DNA from: a virus
IMG/VR virus record: IMGVR_UViG_3300013132_000023
Coordinates: 73,178 to 137,177 of that record
Direction: 5' to 3' (one strand)
DNA: 64,000 bases
Shown here: positions 40,379 to 48,284 of the stretch, one piece after another
Numbering within the stretch: the first letter of the stretch is position 1
Layout: every line of letters begins with the position of its first letter
Notes under the pieces: model-generated
Told to the model about the DNA's origin: nothing
What the model saw: the letters and a program-made list of their open reading frames with translations, nothing else
Database searches by the model: none
Translations under genes and position numbers: made by a program

Positions 40379-40744
40379 TCAAACGCCAGCAATGGCTCGT
40401 TTTTCAAAAATGACTTCTTGTAGAGCACTTTCACGAGTTAGGGTGCCTGCATCAATACGTTCCTTTTGTTCTTGGGAAACGCGGAAACGACGAGCTACGC
40501 CAACGGCAGCAGCCACGCGTTCTTCAAAATTCTCAAGCGTCAGGCCGTCTTCAAGATACACCGAGTCAGGAATTTCGGGACGACTACGCTTTTGAAGTTC
40601 TGCAAGTCCTCCGCGTTCCAAGAACTCCTGGAAAGCTTGTTCGCGAGTTAGTGTTCCAGCGTCCATACGAGCCTTCTGCTCTTTTGAAATGCGGAATCGG
40701 AAGCCAGTACGTTCGGTGAAGTTGTTGAGTGTGAGATCGTTCAT
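40379..40744 (-). CDS. Two-repeat protein of unknown function
   Basis: LTL.NF.ER...RFR.S.EQK.R.DAGTLTRE.A.QE twice. Confidence 0.75.
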   Translation of the reverse strand: MNDLTLNNFTERTGFRFRISKEQKARMDAGTLTREQAFQEFLERGGLAELQKRSRPEIPDSVYLEDGLTLENFEERVAAAVGVARRFRVSQEQKERIDAGTLTRESALQEVIFEKRAIAGV

Positions 40745-40886
40745 GATGCTTATGTTATGACGGGTTAGGTTTGTTATGTAAGGTGTTTTTTCTGAATTTC
40801 TGGTTGTCGTAAATTGTTGTTTTGTCCTAATTTAGAATCAGGGAAGGTATGCGTTCTGGACTTGACCTACACAGAACATTGGATGT

Positions 40887-41096
40887 TTATAGAGTTTCAT
40901 TTGGATCGATTGTGAAAATCGCCTCCGGGCACTTTAGCGATTCGCTATCGTCACCCTCGTAGTAACAAACGCCATAATCAAGGCTGTAACTAATGGTGGC
41001 ATTTGGGTGCTTTTTAACGATCTTTTGAAGACGTTCTATCAGATTTGATATCTTGCCTTCAAAGTCATAGGCAGTGTATGTTTCTAAACGTCCCAT
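40887..41096 (-). CDS. Hypothetical protein
   Basis: Coupled to ligase stop. Confidence 0.5.
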   Translation of the reverse strand: MGRLETYTAYDFEGKISNLIERLQKIVKKHPNATISYSLDYGVCYYEGDDSESLKCPEAIFTIDPNETL

Positions 41097-42211
41097 TAGT
41101 GATACTCCGTTCCGTCCTTGCGAGTTAGATAGTCGGGCGAAATGATCTTGAAAACCATACGCTTAGGGTGCGGGTCTAGTTCTCCCTTGCTCCACGTCAA
41201 TTCGTCGTACATAGGACGAACGACAATCCCTTCTCGAATGTGTCCATCTTCAAGGGTGGTGTTTCCTTGTGCCATTTCTAGCAGTGTTTCGTATGACAAC
41301 ATGCCACCACTCAAGAACGGCACAAGCGGCAATCTTACCTTATTGCAAATGTGAGTTAGTGCATGATGATTGAGGTATTCACCATTGATAGCAATGTCGA
41401 ATACACGATATCCCTTCTTGTTCTTGGCCCCGTAGTGCAGGTCTTGGACACCAGCACCATAGATTTCGCCAAAAACGATTAGTGAGTTCAGTGGACAACC
41501 AGTTCCGCCCTCTGGATTTTCAATTGCATCGATAGCCCACTCAAGTAGCTTATCAAGTGCTTCGGCGTGTAGCTCGAAAGGAAGACCGTAGACTCCACAG
41601 TCGTTAGGGTCACGTTGCGTACGATGTGTACCTACAACCTTTTCAAGGTAATCACTCATGCCTCCGTTTTCAGGATCAGGAGTACGTACCCAGCCAACAC
41701 GGCTATTTGTACCGTGGAGCTTTTCAGTGACAACCAACGGTATGCTGTAATTAAGAGCTTCTGGGAAGTTACGAAGATTCTGCATATCCGTGTAATGATG
41801 GAACAACGGATGCTCTCTTCGCATTTGACCAGCAGACATACCTAAGGGCGGCGGGGGCGGTTCGTACTTTTCGATACCGTAGTGAGCAGCTAGGCTCGCA
41901 CCCGGTTCGGCTCCGCTGTCGTTAGGAACGAGGAAACCAAAGCTTGCAATACTACGCAAACGAGCGGCCCGGACGCGTCCCATGTCACTGTCCTTCTTAA
42001 AGGACAGGTATTGAGTCACGCCCCACTTATCGGCCCAATCGCGGGGAACCATAACTTCCGGAGGAATGTGTACTACAATGTCTCCAACCTTGTAGTTACC
42101 TTTTCCAGACACAATGTCCCAGCCGCTTACGCGGCAGATTTCAAGACGATCAGCATTGGGATGCGGATTGATAGCGGTCACAACGACCGGAGTGATGATT
42201 AGTTCGCTCAT
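41096..42211 (-). CDS. RNA ligase, DRB0094 family
   Basis: N-terminal HPNADRLE OB domain, TEKLHGTN, FGEIYG.GVQ, FDI, REGIV, FKIIS..YL. Confidence 0.9.
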   Translation of the reverse strand: MSELIITPVVVTAINPHPNADRLEICRVSGWDIVSGKGNYKVGDIVVHIPPEVMVPRDWADKWGVTQYLSFKKDSDMGRVRAARLRSIASFGFLVPNDSGAEPGASLAAHYGIEKYEPPPPPLGMSAGQMRREHPLFHHYTDMQNLRNFPEALNYSIPLVVTEKLHGTNSRVGWVRTPDPENGGMSDYLEKVVGTHRTQRDPNDCGVYGLPFELHAEALDKLLEWAIDAIENPEGGTGCPLNSLIVFGEIYGAGVQDLHYGAKNKKGYRVFDIAINGEYLNHHALTHICNKVRLPLVPFLSGGMLSYETLLEMAQGNTTLEDGHIREGIVVRPMYDELTWSKGELDPHPKRMVFKIISPDYLTRKDGTEYH

Positions 42212-42729
42212 AGCTTTACAATTCTGCGTTCGTGGAGTCTAAGTCCTTCAACGTATTTATTTACAAAGTCGCGTTGTTCTGGCGTACACGGTGACCCCCG
42301 AGGGTCGTTGTGAGTAGTCATGATTGATCGATAACGTCTCTTAACGAACAACGGAATCTTGCGGTCTAGTCGCATCGTTGATCTGCGGTATGAACGTCTA
42401 TCTTCTCGTGGTCGTCTTTTCCAGAAGTGCTTAGCTACTTCAATTGAAGAATAAAAGTCGCCATATGCACTTGAATCCATTGTTTCGCTGTGACCGATGG
42501 GAATATCACAATCGTAGAAAATGATTCCCCTCTCGTATCCAGTTTCATCTTGAGGGGCGTCGTAGAACACCCACTTAGATTCGTGTATATCAGTTTCAGG
42601 ACTTCTTCGATAAATGACGTACGAGTAGCCAGTAATCTTGGTTTCGATCAATACGCCACCAAGAACCATATGCCAAATCGGAGTCTCTAAAGGACAGATT
42701 TCTTGGCTTGTGTTGTACTTGGTCTGCAT
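42208..42729 (-). CDS. Hypothetical protein
   Basis: 173-aa ORF behind TTGACA promoter. Confidence 0.6.
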   Translation of the reverse strand: MQTKYNTSQEICPLETPIWHMVLGGVLIETKITGYSYVIYRRSPETDIHESKWVFYDAPQDETGYERGIIFYDCDIPIGHSETMDSSAYGDFYSSIEVAKHFWKRRPREDRRSYRRSTMRLDRKIPLFVKRRYRSIMTTHNDPRGSPCTPEQRDFVNKYVEGLRLHERRIVKL

Positions 42730-42814
42730 GTCTCTCTATAATAACACAAGAAGCCGCTCTTGTCAAGATCACCAACAGAGAATTTGCGTTTTACGTTCAT
42801 TGTTTTGTTTGTAT

Positions 42815-42891
42815 TGGTGCCCAGGGCGGGAGTCGAACCCGCAAAATCTACATTCTAAGCGTAGCACGTTTGCCAGTTACGTCACCTGGGC
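42815..42891 (-). tRNA. tRNA-Leu(TAG), short variable loop
   Basis: GCCCAGG...CTACG-CTTAGAA-TGTAG ATTTT GCGGGTTCGACTCCCGC CCTGGGC ACCA. Confidence 0.92.
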
Positions 42892-42925
42892 ATAGTATGT
42901 ATTGTATCACATTGCATCAAGACTG

Positions 42926-43249
42926 TCAAGTCAAGGTCTCGGCAAGTTTGTTTGCGGCTAGCCAGCCGCGAGTAGTTGGCTCAAAGCGAGCAAAAGGACT
43001 GAACATGTACTTGTTTTCTGCAAAATGAGGATCAATTGACACTTGTCTCTTTAATGCAGCCATTGTTACGTTACGGTACAATAGGATTTTCCTGCCTTCG
43101 TAAGTTGTACAGTTTGGATACCGTATTTCTACAACCAAATTACCATAAATTTCAACAAATCGTATGATTTCGTAATGGTATGGATGTGGTTGAGAATTAG
43201 AAGACTGTCGAGAATCGTATGAACTCGACGACATTTTGAACATTCCCAT
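42926..43249 (-). CDS. Hypothetical phage protein
   Basis: YPNCTTYEGRKIL, DPHF, ARFEPT..GW. Confidence 0.65.
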   Translation of the reverse strand: MGMFKMSSSSYDSRQSSNSQPHPYHYEIIRFVEIYGNLVVEIRYPNCTTYEGRKILLYRNVTMAALKRQVSIDPHFAENKYMFSPFARFEPTTRGWLAANKLAETLT

Positions 43250-43258
43250 GTTTTTATT

Positions 43259-43344
43259 TGGTAGCTTCGGTGGGAGTCGAACCCACACGCTGATTAGGCA
43301 CCTGATTTTGAGTCAAGCGGGTCTGCCAATTCCCCCACGAAGCC
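43259..43344 (-). tRNA. tRNA-Leu(CAA)
   Basis: Cloverleaf, loop CTCAAAA, long V-arm, ACCA. Confidence 0.93.
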
Positions 43345-43563
43345 ATTCTGTTCAAGCAATTCTTCGGTCCCATCAGGATGCTCCAAATAGGCAAACCAAA
43401 TTTTGCATCCCATCCTATTGAAGTGTTCTCTATTCCTGCGATGTGCTTCACGAGCTTCTGCTTCTGTTTTGCGAATCATCGGGTCTCCAGTATCGCGAGA
43501 CGTGAACGTGTTACGGTGAATACCCCACTTTACAGTCCATACTTTGTTCGGATCAACCTTCAA
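43294..43563 (-). CDS. Hypothetical protein whose 3' end runs into tRNA-Leu(CAA)
   Basis: GAGG RBS; stop lies 51 nt inside the tRNA. Confidence 0.55.
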   Translation of the reverse strand: MKVDPNKVWTVKWGIHRNTFTSRDTGDPMIRKTEAEAREAHRRNREHFNRMGCKIWFAYLEHPDGTEELLEQNGFVGELADPLDSKSGA

Positions 43564-43587
43564 TCATACCTCGCACATTAGGGTTTG

Positions 43588-44061
43588 TCAACTCTTGGGC
43601 TCGTATTTACAGATGATTGCATCTGGAAAATACGTCTCTATGATCTTGGAATAAATATCCCAATTGCCGCCACCCAGACCACAGCCCATTTTGTATGGAA
43701 AGTAGAATTGTCCATTCCAATACTTGGATTCTGGATTTCTCCTTCGTGAATTTACAATTCGTTCAAATGCAGTCACGGTCGCGTCGTAGCTCGTCATGCG
43801 TTTCGTCCTTGAAACGTCGCCCTGGCCAAAAACGTTGGCAATTCTGATGGTTGGCGAAGCATTGAACATCCATACCCTGCCAATCAATTGCTCTTGACTA
43901 GTATCATATATTTGACAGTATTCACGGTACTTGATTTCAAGTTCGGGCCATTTAAGAGCGAAGCTCCTAGCGATGCCGCCCCCCATGATGCCTCGACAAT
44001 TGACTTGATGAAATAGAATGCCCTCTTCGAGGGCGAGCATGTCTTGTTCAATAATCTTCAT
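43588..44061 (-). CDS. Macro domain protein
   Basis: HQVNC.G.MGGGIA, IANVFGQ, PYKMGCGLGGGNW. Confidence 0.9.
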   Translation of the reverse strand: MKIIEQDMLALEEGILFHQVNCRGIMGGGIARSFALKWPELEIKYREYCQIYDTSQEQLIGRVWMFNASPTIRIANVFGQGDVSRTKRMTSYDATVTAFERIVNSRRRNPESKYWNGQFYFPYKMGCGLGGGNWDIYSKIIETYFPDAIICKYEPKS

Positions 44062-44068
44062 TGTATTG

Positions 44069-44157
44069 TGGTCCGCTCGGCAGGATTCGAACCTGCGATG
44101 GTGATTACTCACTCCAGATTAAAAGTCTGGCCCCTTCGGCCTCTCGGACACGAGCGG
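44069..44157 (-). tRNA. tRNA-Lys(TTT) with long variable arm
   Basis: CCAGA-CTTTTAA-TCTGG then V-arm GTGA-gtaa-TCAC; ACCA. Confidence 0.9.
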
Positions 44158-44207
44158 CGGTTACTCATTGTACACTAAGTATAACACGCCGTAGATGTGC
44201 TGTCAAG

Positions 44208-44283
44208 TGGTACTTCCACCAGGATTCGAACCTGGACGATTCGCTTAGAAGGCGAAGATGCTGGTCCGTTACATCATGGAAGC
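44208..44283 (-). tRNA. tRNA-Arg(TCT)
   Basis: TTCGC-CTTCTAA-GCGAA; ACCA. Confidence 0.93.
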
Positions 44284-44377
44284 ATATTATTCATTATCGA
44301 TTACTCTTTGAGCTTCGTCTGCAAGAGATTGAAGAAAGGCAATATTATTCTTGGCTTTTTCAAGAGAGACTAGTTGT

Positions 44378-44466
44378 TGGTGCATCCGCCAGGATTCGAA
44401 CCTGGGTTGGGTTTTCACCGTCCGATTAAGAGTCGGATGCCTTCGGCCAACTCGGCACACGGATGC
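44378..44466 (-). tRNA. tRNA-Lys(CTT) with long variable arm
   Basis: TCCGA-CTCTTAA-TCGGA then V-arm GGT-gaaa-ACC; ACCA. Confidence 0.9.
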
Positions 44467-44471
44467 GTGAA

Positions 44472-44548
44472 TGGTCGGGCGTGTTGGAATTGAACCAACC
44501 TAATGTCCTCCTTCCAAGGGAGGCGACCCTCCTTGAGTCCGACGCCCG
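44472..44548 (-). tRNA. tRNA-Pro(TGG)
   Basis: CCTCC-CTTGGAA-GGAGG; C1-G72; A37 instead of the usual G37. Confidence 0.85.
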
Positions 44549-44556
44549 TTTTATGT

Positions 44557-44632
44557 TGGTCCGCAGCGATGGTATCGAACCATCTGTCTCTCGGTTATCA
44601 GCCGAGTGCATATACCTTTATGCTTCCTGCGG
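44557..44632 (-). tRNA. tRNA-Ile(GAT)
   Basis: CTCGG-CTGATAA-CCGAG; G7:G66 mismatch. Confidence 0.85.
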
Positions 44633-44661
44633 AATGTTTTAATAGTTCCAAGATTCTTCTT

Positions 44662-45258
44662 CTAGCTTCTTGGTAACGTTGGCGGTGCAACGTATCGCAC
44701 AAGAAACCGCTTTGATTTTGCACGAGCAATGTACTTCTTGGGTAGCTTAAAATCACCGTTGTTACGAATTACATTAAGCATGATTGCACGCAAACGTTGC
44801 TCCGGTTCATCGTACCGACTTCCCCATTCACCGGCTTGTTGAAGAAGATGATGAATTGATTCATCGTCATTTGGATCCATAACACAACATTCAAACGCCG
44901 ATTCCATGAGTGTCATGTTGCGTTCTCCAAAGTACTTCTCAACACGAGGCCATATGTCGTAGTCTTTTGTTACAATTTCATAAACAGAGCACTTGTTCTC
45001 GATATTCACGAGAGATACAAAAGCCGCACCAAGAGCACACACCTGACATGTAGTCTTCTTGTTCTTCTTGAAGAAATCCTTGAACGATCCTGCGATCGTC
45101 TCATCATATGCACTCATGTCATTGCGTAACCATGAGTTTAGTTCAGGAGAATCCACTTGGACATACGTTCCAGGCGTTGCCTTGTAACGATTAAAACGAA
45201 TCTGAGCCAGAACATCCTGGGCGATCTTCACACACATCCGACGATTTCGACGAGTCAT
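44662..45258 (-). CDS. Hypothetical phage protein
   Basis: IAQDVLAQI, CQVCALGAAFVS, RLRAIMLNVIRNNG.F. Confidence 0.7.
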   Translation of the reverse strand: MTRRNRRMCVKIAQDVLAQIRFNRYKATPGTYVQVDSPELNSWLRNDMSAYDETIAGSFKDFFKKNKKTTCQVCALGAAFVSLVNIENKCSVYEIVTKDYDIWPRVEKYFGERNMTLMESAFECCVMDPNDDESIHHLLQQAGEWGSRYDEPEQRLRAIMLNVIRNNGDFKLPKKYIARAKSKRFLVRYVAPPTLPRS

Positions 45259-45285
45259 ATTTGTTGTTATTGTTGTTGTTATTGT

Positions 45286-45372
45286 TGGCGGAAGGTTAGG
45301 GAATCGAACCCTAGAGGCTTTTTACACCCAGCCGTTTTCAAGACGGTTTCCTCGACCTACCGGACACCTTCC
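45286..45372 (-). tRNA. tRNA-Ser(TGA)
   Basis: Loop CTTGAAA, long V-arm, G73, CCA. Confidence 0.92.
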
Positions 45373-45836
45373 AAATTTTTCACATCTGCTGGAAAGAGAT
45401 ACTTAGTGAGAACTTCACCAATCCCACGATCCAGAATAACCGCGAGCAGCTTGTTATGGTCTCCCTCAAACGGGCCGCTCATGAGTTGATCATACCACTT
45501 ATACCAGTGTTCGTCAAGAACAATCTCGACTGGCTGTCCTGGAACGTGCTCGAAATAGTCGGCATCGGTTTTAGGGGCAGCACGCACCTGAATAGTAATT
45601 CCGCTTTTACGAGAAGACTGGTCTTTTACCGGGACGATCTTGTCAATCGGCGGCAGTATGCCAATCCCAAGTGCGTCGTTAATGCGTTCAAACAAAGCCT
45701 CAAGAGGCGTTAACCCCTTTGTCATTTCTTCTTTCGTGCGTTTGAATCGCTTGGCTCCAGTTACGGTCTTGTAGCTTTCGAGACAAGTGATTTGCTTTGC
45801 TTGTTCTTGCGTAATGTCGTTCATTAAAAACTCCAT
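45357..45836 (-). CDS. Hypothetical protein; stop inside tRNA-Ser
   Basis: Contains TG.KRFKRTKEE...GLT..EA motif like 40379-40744. Confidence 0.65.
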   Translation of the reverse strand: MEFLMNDITQEQAKQITCLESYKTVTGAKRFKRTKEEMTKGLTPLEALFERINDALGIGILPPIDKIVPVKDQSSRKSGITIQVRAAPKTDADYFEHVPGQPVEIVLDEHWYKWYDQLMSGPFEGDHNKLLAVILDRGIGEVLTKYLFPADVKNLEGVR

Positions 45837-46402
45837 CCCAAATTGATCATATACATTTCGCAATCCAACTCAGGATTGATGATGAAAATGTCTACGTCTT
45901 GATTGAAGAAGTGGCGTCGATATTCGACTCCCACAAAGATGTTGTCTGTAAAGAACCAAGACGTACCAAAATTGACATATGGTGCGTAAGCTTGACCACG
46001 ATCTTGCGGAGTGCCAGCGTAACTCAAATCTACCTGAGTTTCAAGTTCAAACGAAGACATACCGCCGCTTGCCGACACTTGCCACGAATCCGTGACCATC
46101 CAGTTCTTTCGCAAACCCAAATACACTTCTTGAACAGTGGTCTTTGTGCTGTCTACGCGACGATTGATATACACATCGTCATTTGACACGTCCTGGCTTT
46201 GCATAAAACCGAACTCAGGTCCGAAGCCATCTTTTCCAGCTAGGTCAATACTGCCACCCAGCACGTTCGTTTGCTGGTCAGTTGATTCCCAATCGCCAGA
46301 ATCTTGAAAATCGCGAACGCCAACCCCGACCTTCGCGTTAGGGGCCATGCGGCAGCTAGTGACAAGCGTAGCAAAAGTCAGAACAGAGAGTAAGTGCTTC
46401 AT
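45824..46402 (-). CDS. Outer-membrane beta-barrel protein (OmpA/OmpW-like)
   Basis: Signal/lipobox VTSC, alternating beta strands, PYVNFG, C-terminal INLGWSF beta-signal. Confidence 0.75.
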   Translation of the reverse strand: MKHLLSVLTFATLVTSCRMAPNAKVGVGVRDFQDSGDWESTDQQTNVLGGSIDLAGKDGFGPEFGFMQSQDVSNDDVYINRRVDSTKTTVQEVYLGLRKNWMVTDSWQVSASGGMSSFELETQVDLSYAGTPQDRGQAYAPYVNFGTSWFFTDNIFVGVEYRRHFFNQDVDIFIINPELDCEMYMINLGWSF

Positions 46403-46446
46403 ATGATCTATTGTACCACACGTTTGTTCGTTGTCAAGAAAAAGTT

Positions 46447-46538
46447 TGGCGGTAGGTGTAGGATTTGAACCTACGGAGGTTTTAAAGCCCCGCTTCTTTA
46501 GCAAAGAAGTGCCTTAGGCCAGACTCAGCCAACCTACC
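46447..46538 (-). tRNA. tRNA-Ser(GCT)
   Basis: CTTCT-TTGCTAA-AGAAG, long V-arm, GCCA. Confidence 0.93.
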
Positions 46539-46543
46539 AATTA

Positions 46544-46618
46544 TGGAGCCCCGTGAAGGATTCGAACCTGGACAAAGAGATTCAAAATCTCTGGTGCTAG
46601 CCGTTACACTATACCGGA
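46544..46618 (-). pseudogene. Chimeric tRNA-Gln(TTG)
   Basis: Intact D and anticodon arms (AGAGA-TTTTGAA-TCTCT), but T-stem CCAGG/CCTTC and acceptor TCCGGTA/ACGGGGC pair poorly. Confidence 0.7.
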
Positions 46619-47092
46619 AATAATCAATTGTTTCTGTGTAGGCCATACGTATTCCATTGTAGGGTCTTCGATCCAATTAAATTGACCGTAATAGACAGGA
46701 TCTTTGCGAAGCAAGTTTGCACGATGTGAAGCATGAAGCTCAGACAATCCAATCCAAGGCGGCATTTCAATGTTTGAAGAAATTGGTCCTGGTCGCATGG
46801 TGTTCTCGTATCCGCGATTAATCCATTCCGCAATAGCTTCATTCATATACGAACGTAACGCTTCATTATATCCACGCCACATAACTGCTGCCGGGTGATT
46901 TAACCATCCTTTTTTCAAAGGACTGTTTTTCATAAAACCTTGATCAATACGCCATTGACGTTCAGTCAAAGCCCATTCATCGCCATTTACAATCAACAGT
47001 TGAAATGCTTCAACACGTTGTTTGCCGAGACGACGATAATCTAAACACGAAAGAGACTTAGTAAAGTCTGAAAAAGGAAGAAATGTTTGCAT
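46604..47092 (-). CDS. Pyrimidine-dimer DNA glycosylase / MSMEG_6728-like
   Basis: MQTFLP...F..S...LD.RRLGKQRVEA.Q, W.NHPA..MWRGY, H.SHR.NLLRKDP. Confidence 0.85.
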   Translation of the reverse strand: MQTFLPFSDFTKSLSCLDYRRLGKQRVEAFQLLIVNGDEWALTERQWRIDQGFMKNSPLKKGWLNHPAAVMWRGYNEALRSYMNEAIAEWINRGYENTMRPGPISSNIEMPPWIGLSELHASHRANLLRKDPVYYGQFNWIEDPTMEYVWPTQKQLIISGIV

Positions 47093-47093
47093 A

Positions 47094-47306
47094 TTACATC
47101 TTGGTGATGCAACGATCAACACCCGTCAAAAACAAGGCAAGAATAATCACTCCTAGAATGATTGCCACAGGAATCCAAAGCGGGGCGAGCACCCACAGCC
47201 AAGGCCAGTTAATAATGTTGCCAAGCTTGAGGCCGATGAAAAGAATGGCCAATAGGCCAGTAAAGCCAACACCGCCCGAGCGAACTTTGATTTTTTGATT
47301 AGACAT
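47094..47306 (-). CDS. Small two-TM membrane protein
   Basis: GVGFTGLLAILFI.LKL...I.W.W.WVLAPLW. Confidence 0.75.
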   Translation of the reverse strand: MSNQKIKVRSGGVGFTGLLAILFIGLKLGNIINWPWLWVLAPLWIPVAIILGVIILALFLTGVDRCITKM

Positions 47307-47393
47307 TGGATTGTGTTTAGGTTGAGGTTCAAGTTTAGTAGTAACAACCACAGTATATCATGTCTCCTGGAGTTGTCAAGTGAAAATTAACGT

Positions 47394-47468
47394 TGGCGGG
47401 CCTACGGGGAATCGAACCCCGATCTTCTATTCGACAGACAGATATTCTAGCCTTTGAACTATAGGCCC
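47394..47468 (-). tRNA. tRNA-Asp(GTC)
   Basis: TCTGT-CTGTCGA-ATAGA; GCCA. Confidence 0.92.
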
Positions 47469-47475
47469 ATTGTTT

Positions 47476-47550
47476 TGGTGCCTCCCCCAGGTAACGCTCC
47501 TGAGCCTCCAGTATTTCAAGCTGGAATGCAGACTTCTACACCAGGGAGGC
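47476..47550 (-). tRNA. tRNA-Phe(GAA), atypical T-loop AGCGTTA
   Basis: Acceptor GCCTCCC/GGGAGGC, loop TTGAAAT, ACCA. Confidence 0.78.
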
Positions 47551-47624
47551 GGATCTTCTAACAGGATAATGTTTCCGAGTCGCACGTCTCTGTGCTTCTG
47601 ATGCTTTCGCCATGATTTTGTTTT

Positions 47625-47700
47625 TGGGGTGCCTAACGAGTATCGATCTCGTACCTGGAGATTCACATTCTCCCGTGCAGGCCACTACACTATAGACACC
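47625..47700 (-). tRNA. tRNA-His(GTG)
   Basis: G-1:C73, GGAGA-ATGTGAA-TCTCC, T-loop ATCGATA. Confidence 0.88.
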
Positions 47701-47707
47701 GCTATGA

Positions 47708-47785
47708 TGGTAGCCACAGCGGGATTCGAACCCAGCACTTTACAGATTTTAAGTCTGTTGACTCTGCCGATTGGTCTACGTGGCC
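47708..47785 (-). tRNA. tRNA-Leu(TAA), short variable loop
   Basis: ACAGA-CTTAAAA-TCTGT then 5-nt variable loop; ACCA. Confidence 0.88.
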
Positions 47786-47836
47786 ATAAGTTGTTTGTTT
47801 TCAAAGCTGTACGCTATTCGCGAATAGCGAATGTAT

Positions 47837-47928
47837 TGGTCCGCAGGGTGGGATTCGAACCCACGTATTTCGCATATCAGGCGATGACTGATCATAAATC
47901 AGGGGGCTTACCGCTAACCGACCTGCGG
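47837..47928 (-). tRNA. tRNA-Ile(TAT) with long variable arm
   Basis: CTGA-TTTATGA-TCAG, V-arm TCGC...GCGA, acceptor CCGCAGG/CCTGCGG, ACCA. Confidence 0.82.
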
Positions 47929-47958
47929 AAAAAGTTTGCCCCCAGGACAAAGGAAGTC

Positions 47959-48093
47959 CTAATTGTACCTGATACGATCTTCACCTTCTTCTTCGAACCA
48001 TTCTTCGGTCTCGAAGTCCTCGGCGACGACGCGGTAATCATACACTGCGTCCTCGTCCGTGTCAAGTGTTGTTTCGAAAGATTCTTCTTCCAT
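47959..48093 (-). CDS. Highly acidic 44-aa peptide
   Basis: MEEESFETTLDTDEDAVYDYRVVAEDFETEEWFEEEGEDRIRYN between two tRNAs. Confidence 0.45.
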   Translation of the reverse strand: MEEESFETTLDTDEDAVYDYRVVAEDFETEEWFEEEGEDRIRYN

Positions 48094-48098
48094 TGTAT

Positions 48099-48191
48099 TG
48101 GCTCCGAGAGTAGGACTCGAACCTACGGTGGGGGAATTTCTCCCCTTCGCATTAACAGTGCGATGCGTGCTACCAACTCCGCAACCTCGGA
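48099..48191 (-). tRNA. tRNA-Asn(GTT) with long variable arm
   Basis: TCGCA-CTGTTAA-TGCGA, V-arm GGGGA-gaaat-TCCCC; U1-A72, G73, CCA. Confidence 0.9.
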
Positions 48192-48204
48192 ACGTTGTTG
48201 TTGC

Positions 48205-48277
48205 TTGCGAGACTAGGATTCGCACCTAGGTTTCTCCGGTCAGAGCGGAGCGTACTAGGCTGCTGTACGATCCCGCA
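48205..48277 (-). tRNA. tRNA-Gln(CTG), no encoded CCA
   Basis: CTCCG-CTCTGAC-CGGAG, T-loop TGCGAAT. Confidence 0.82.
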
Positions 48278-48284
48278 GTAAAGC

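Noticed and set aside
44287-44385. 32-aa ORF starting at ATG inside tRNA-Lys(CTT) 3' end
   Set aside because: Start is buried in the acceptor stem with no RBS; more likely a gene remnant.
45260-45286. (TTG/TTA)n microsatellite
   Set aside because: Short CAA-rich unstructured leader/trailer; no sign of a phase-variable role.
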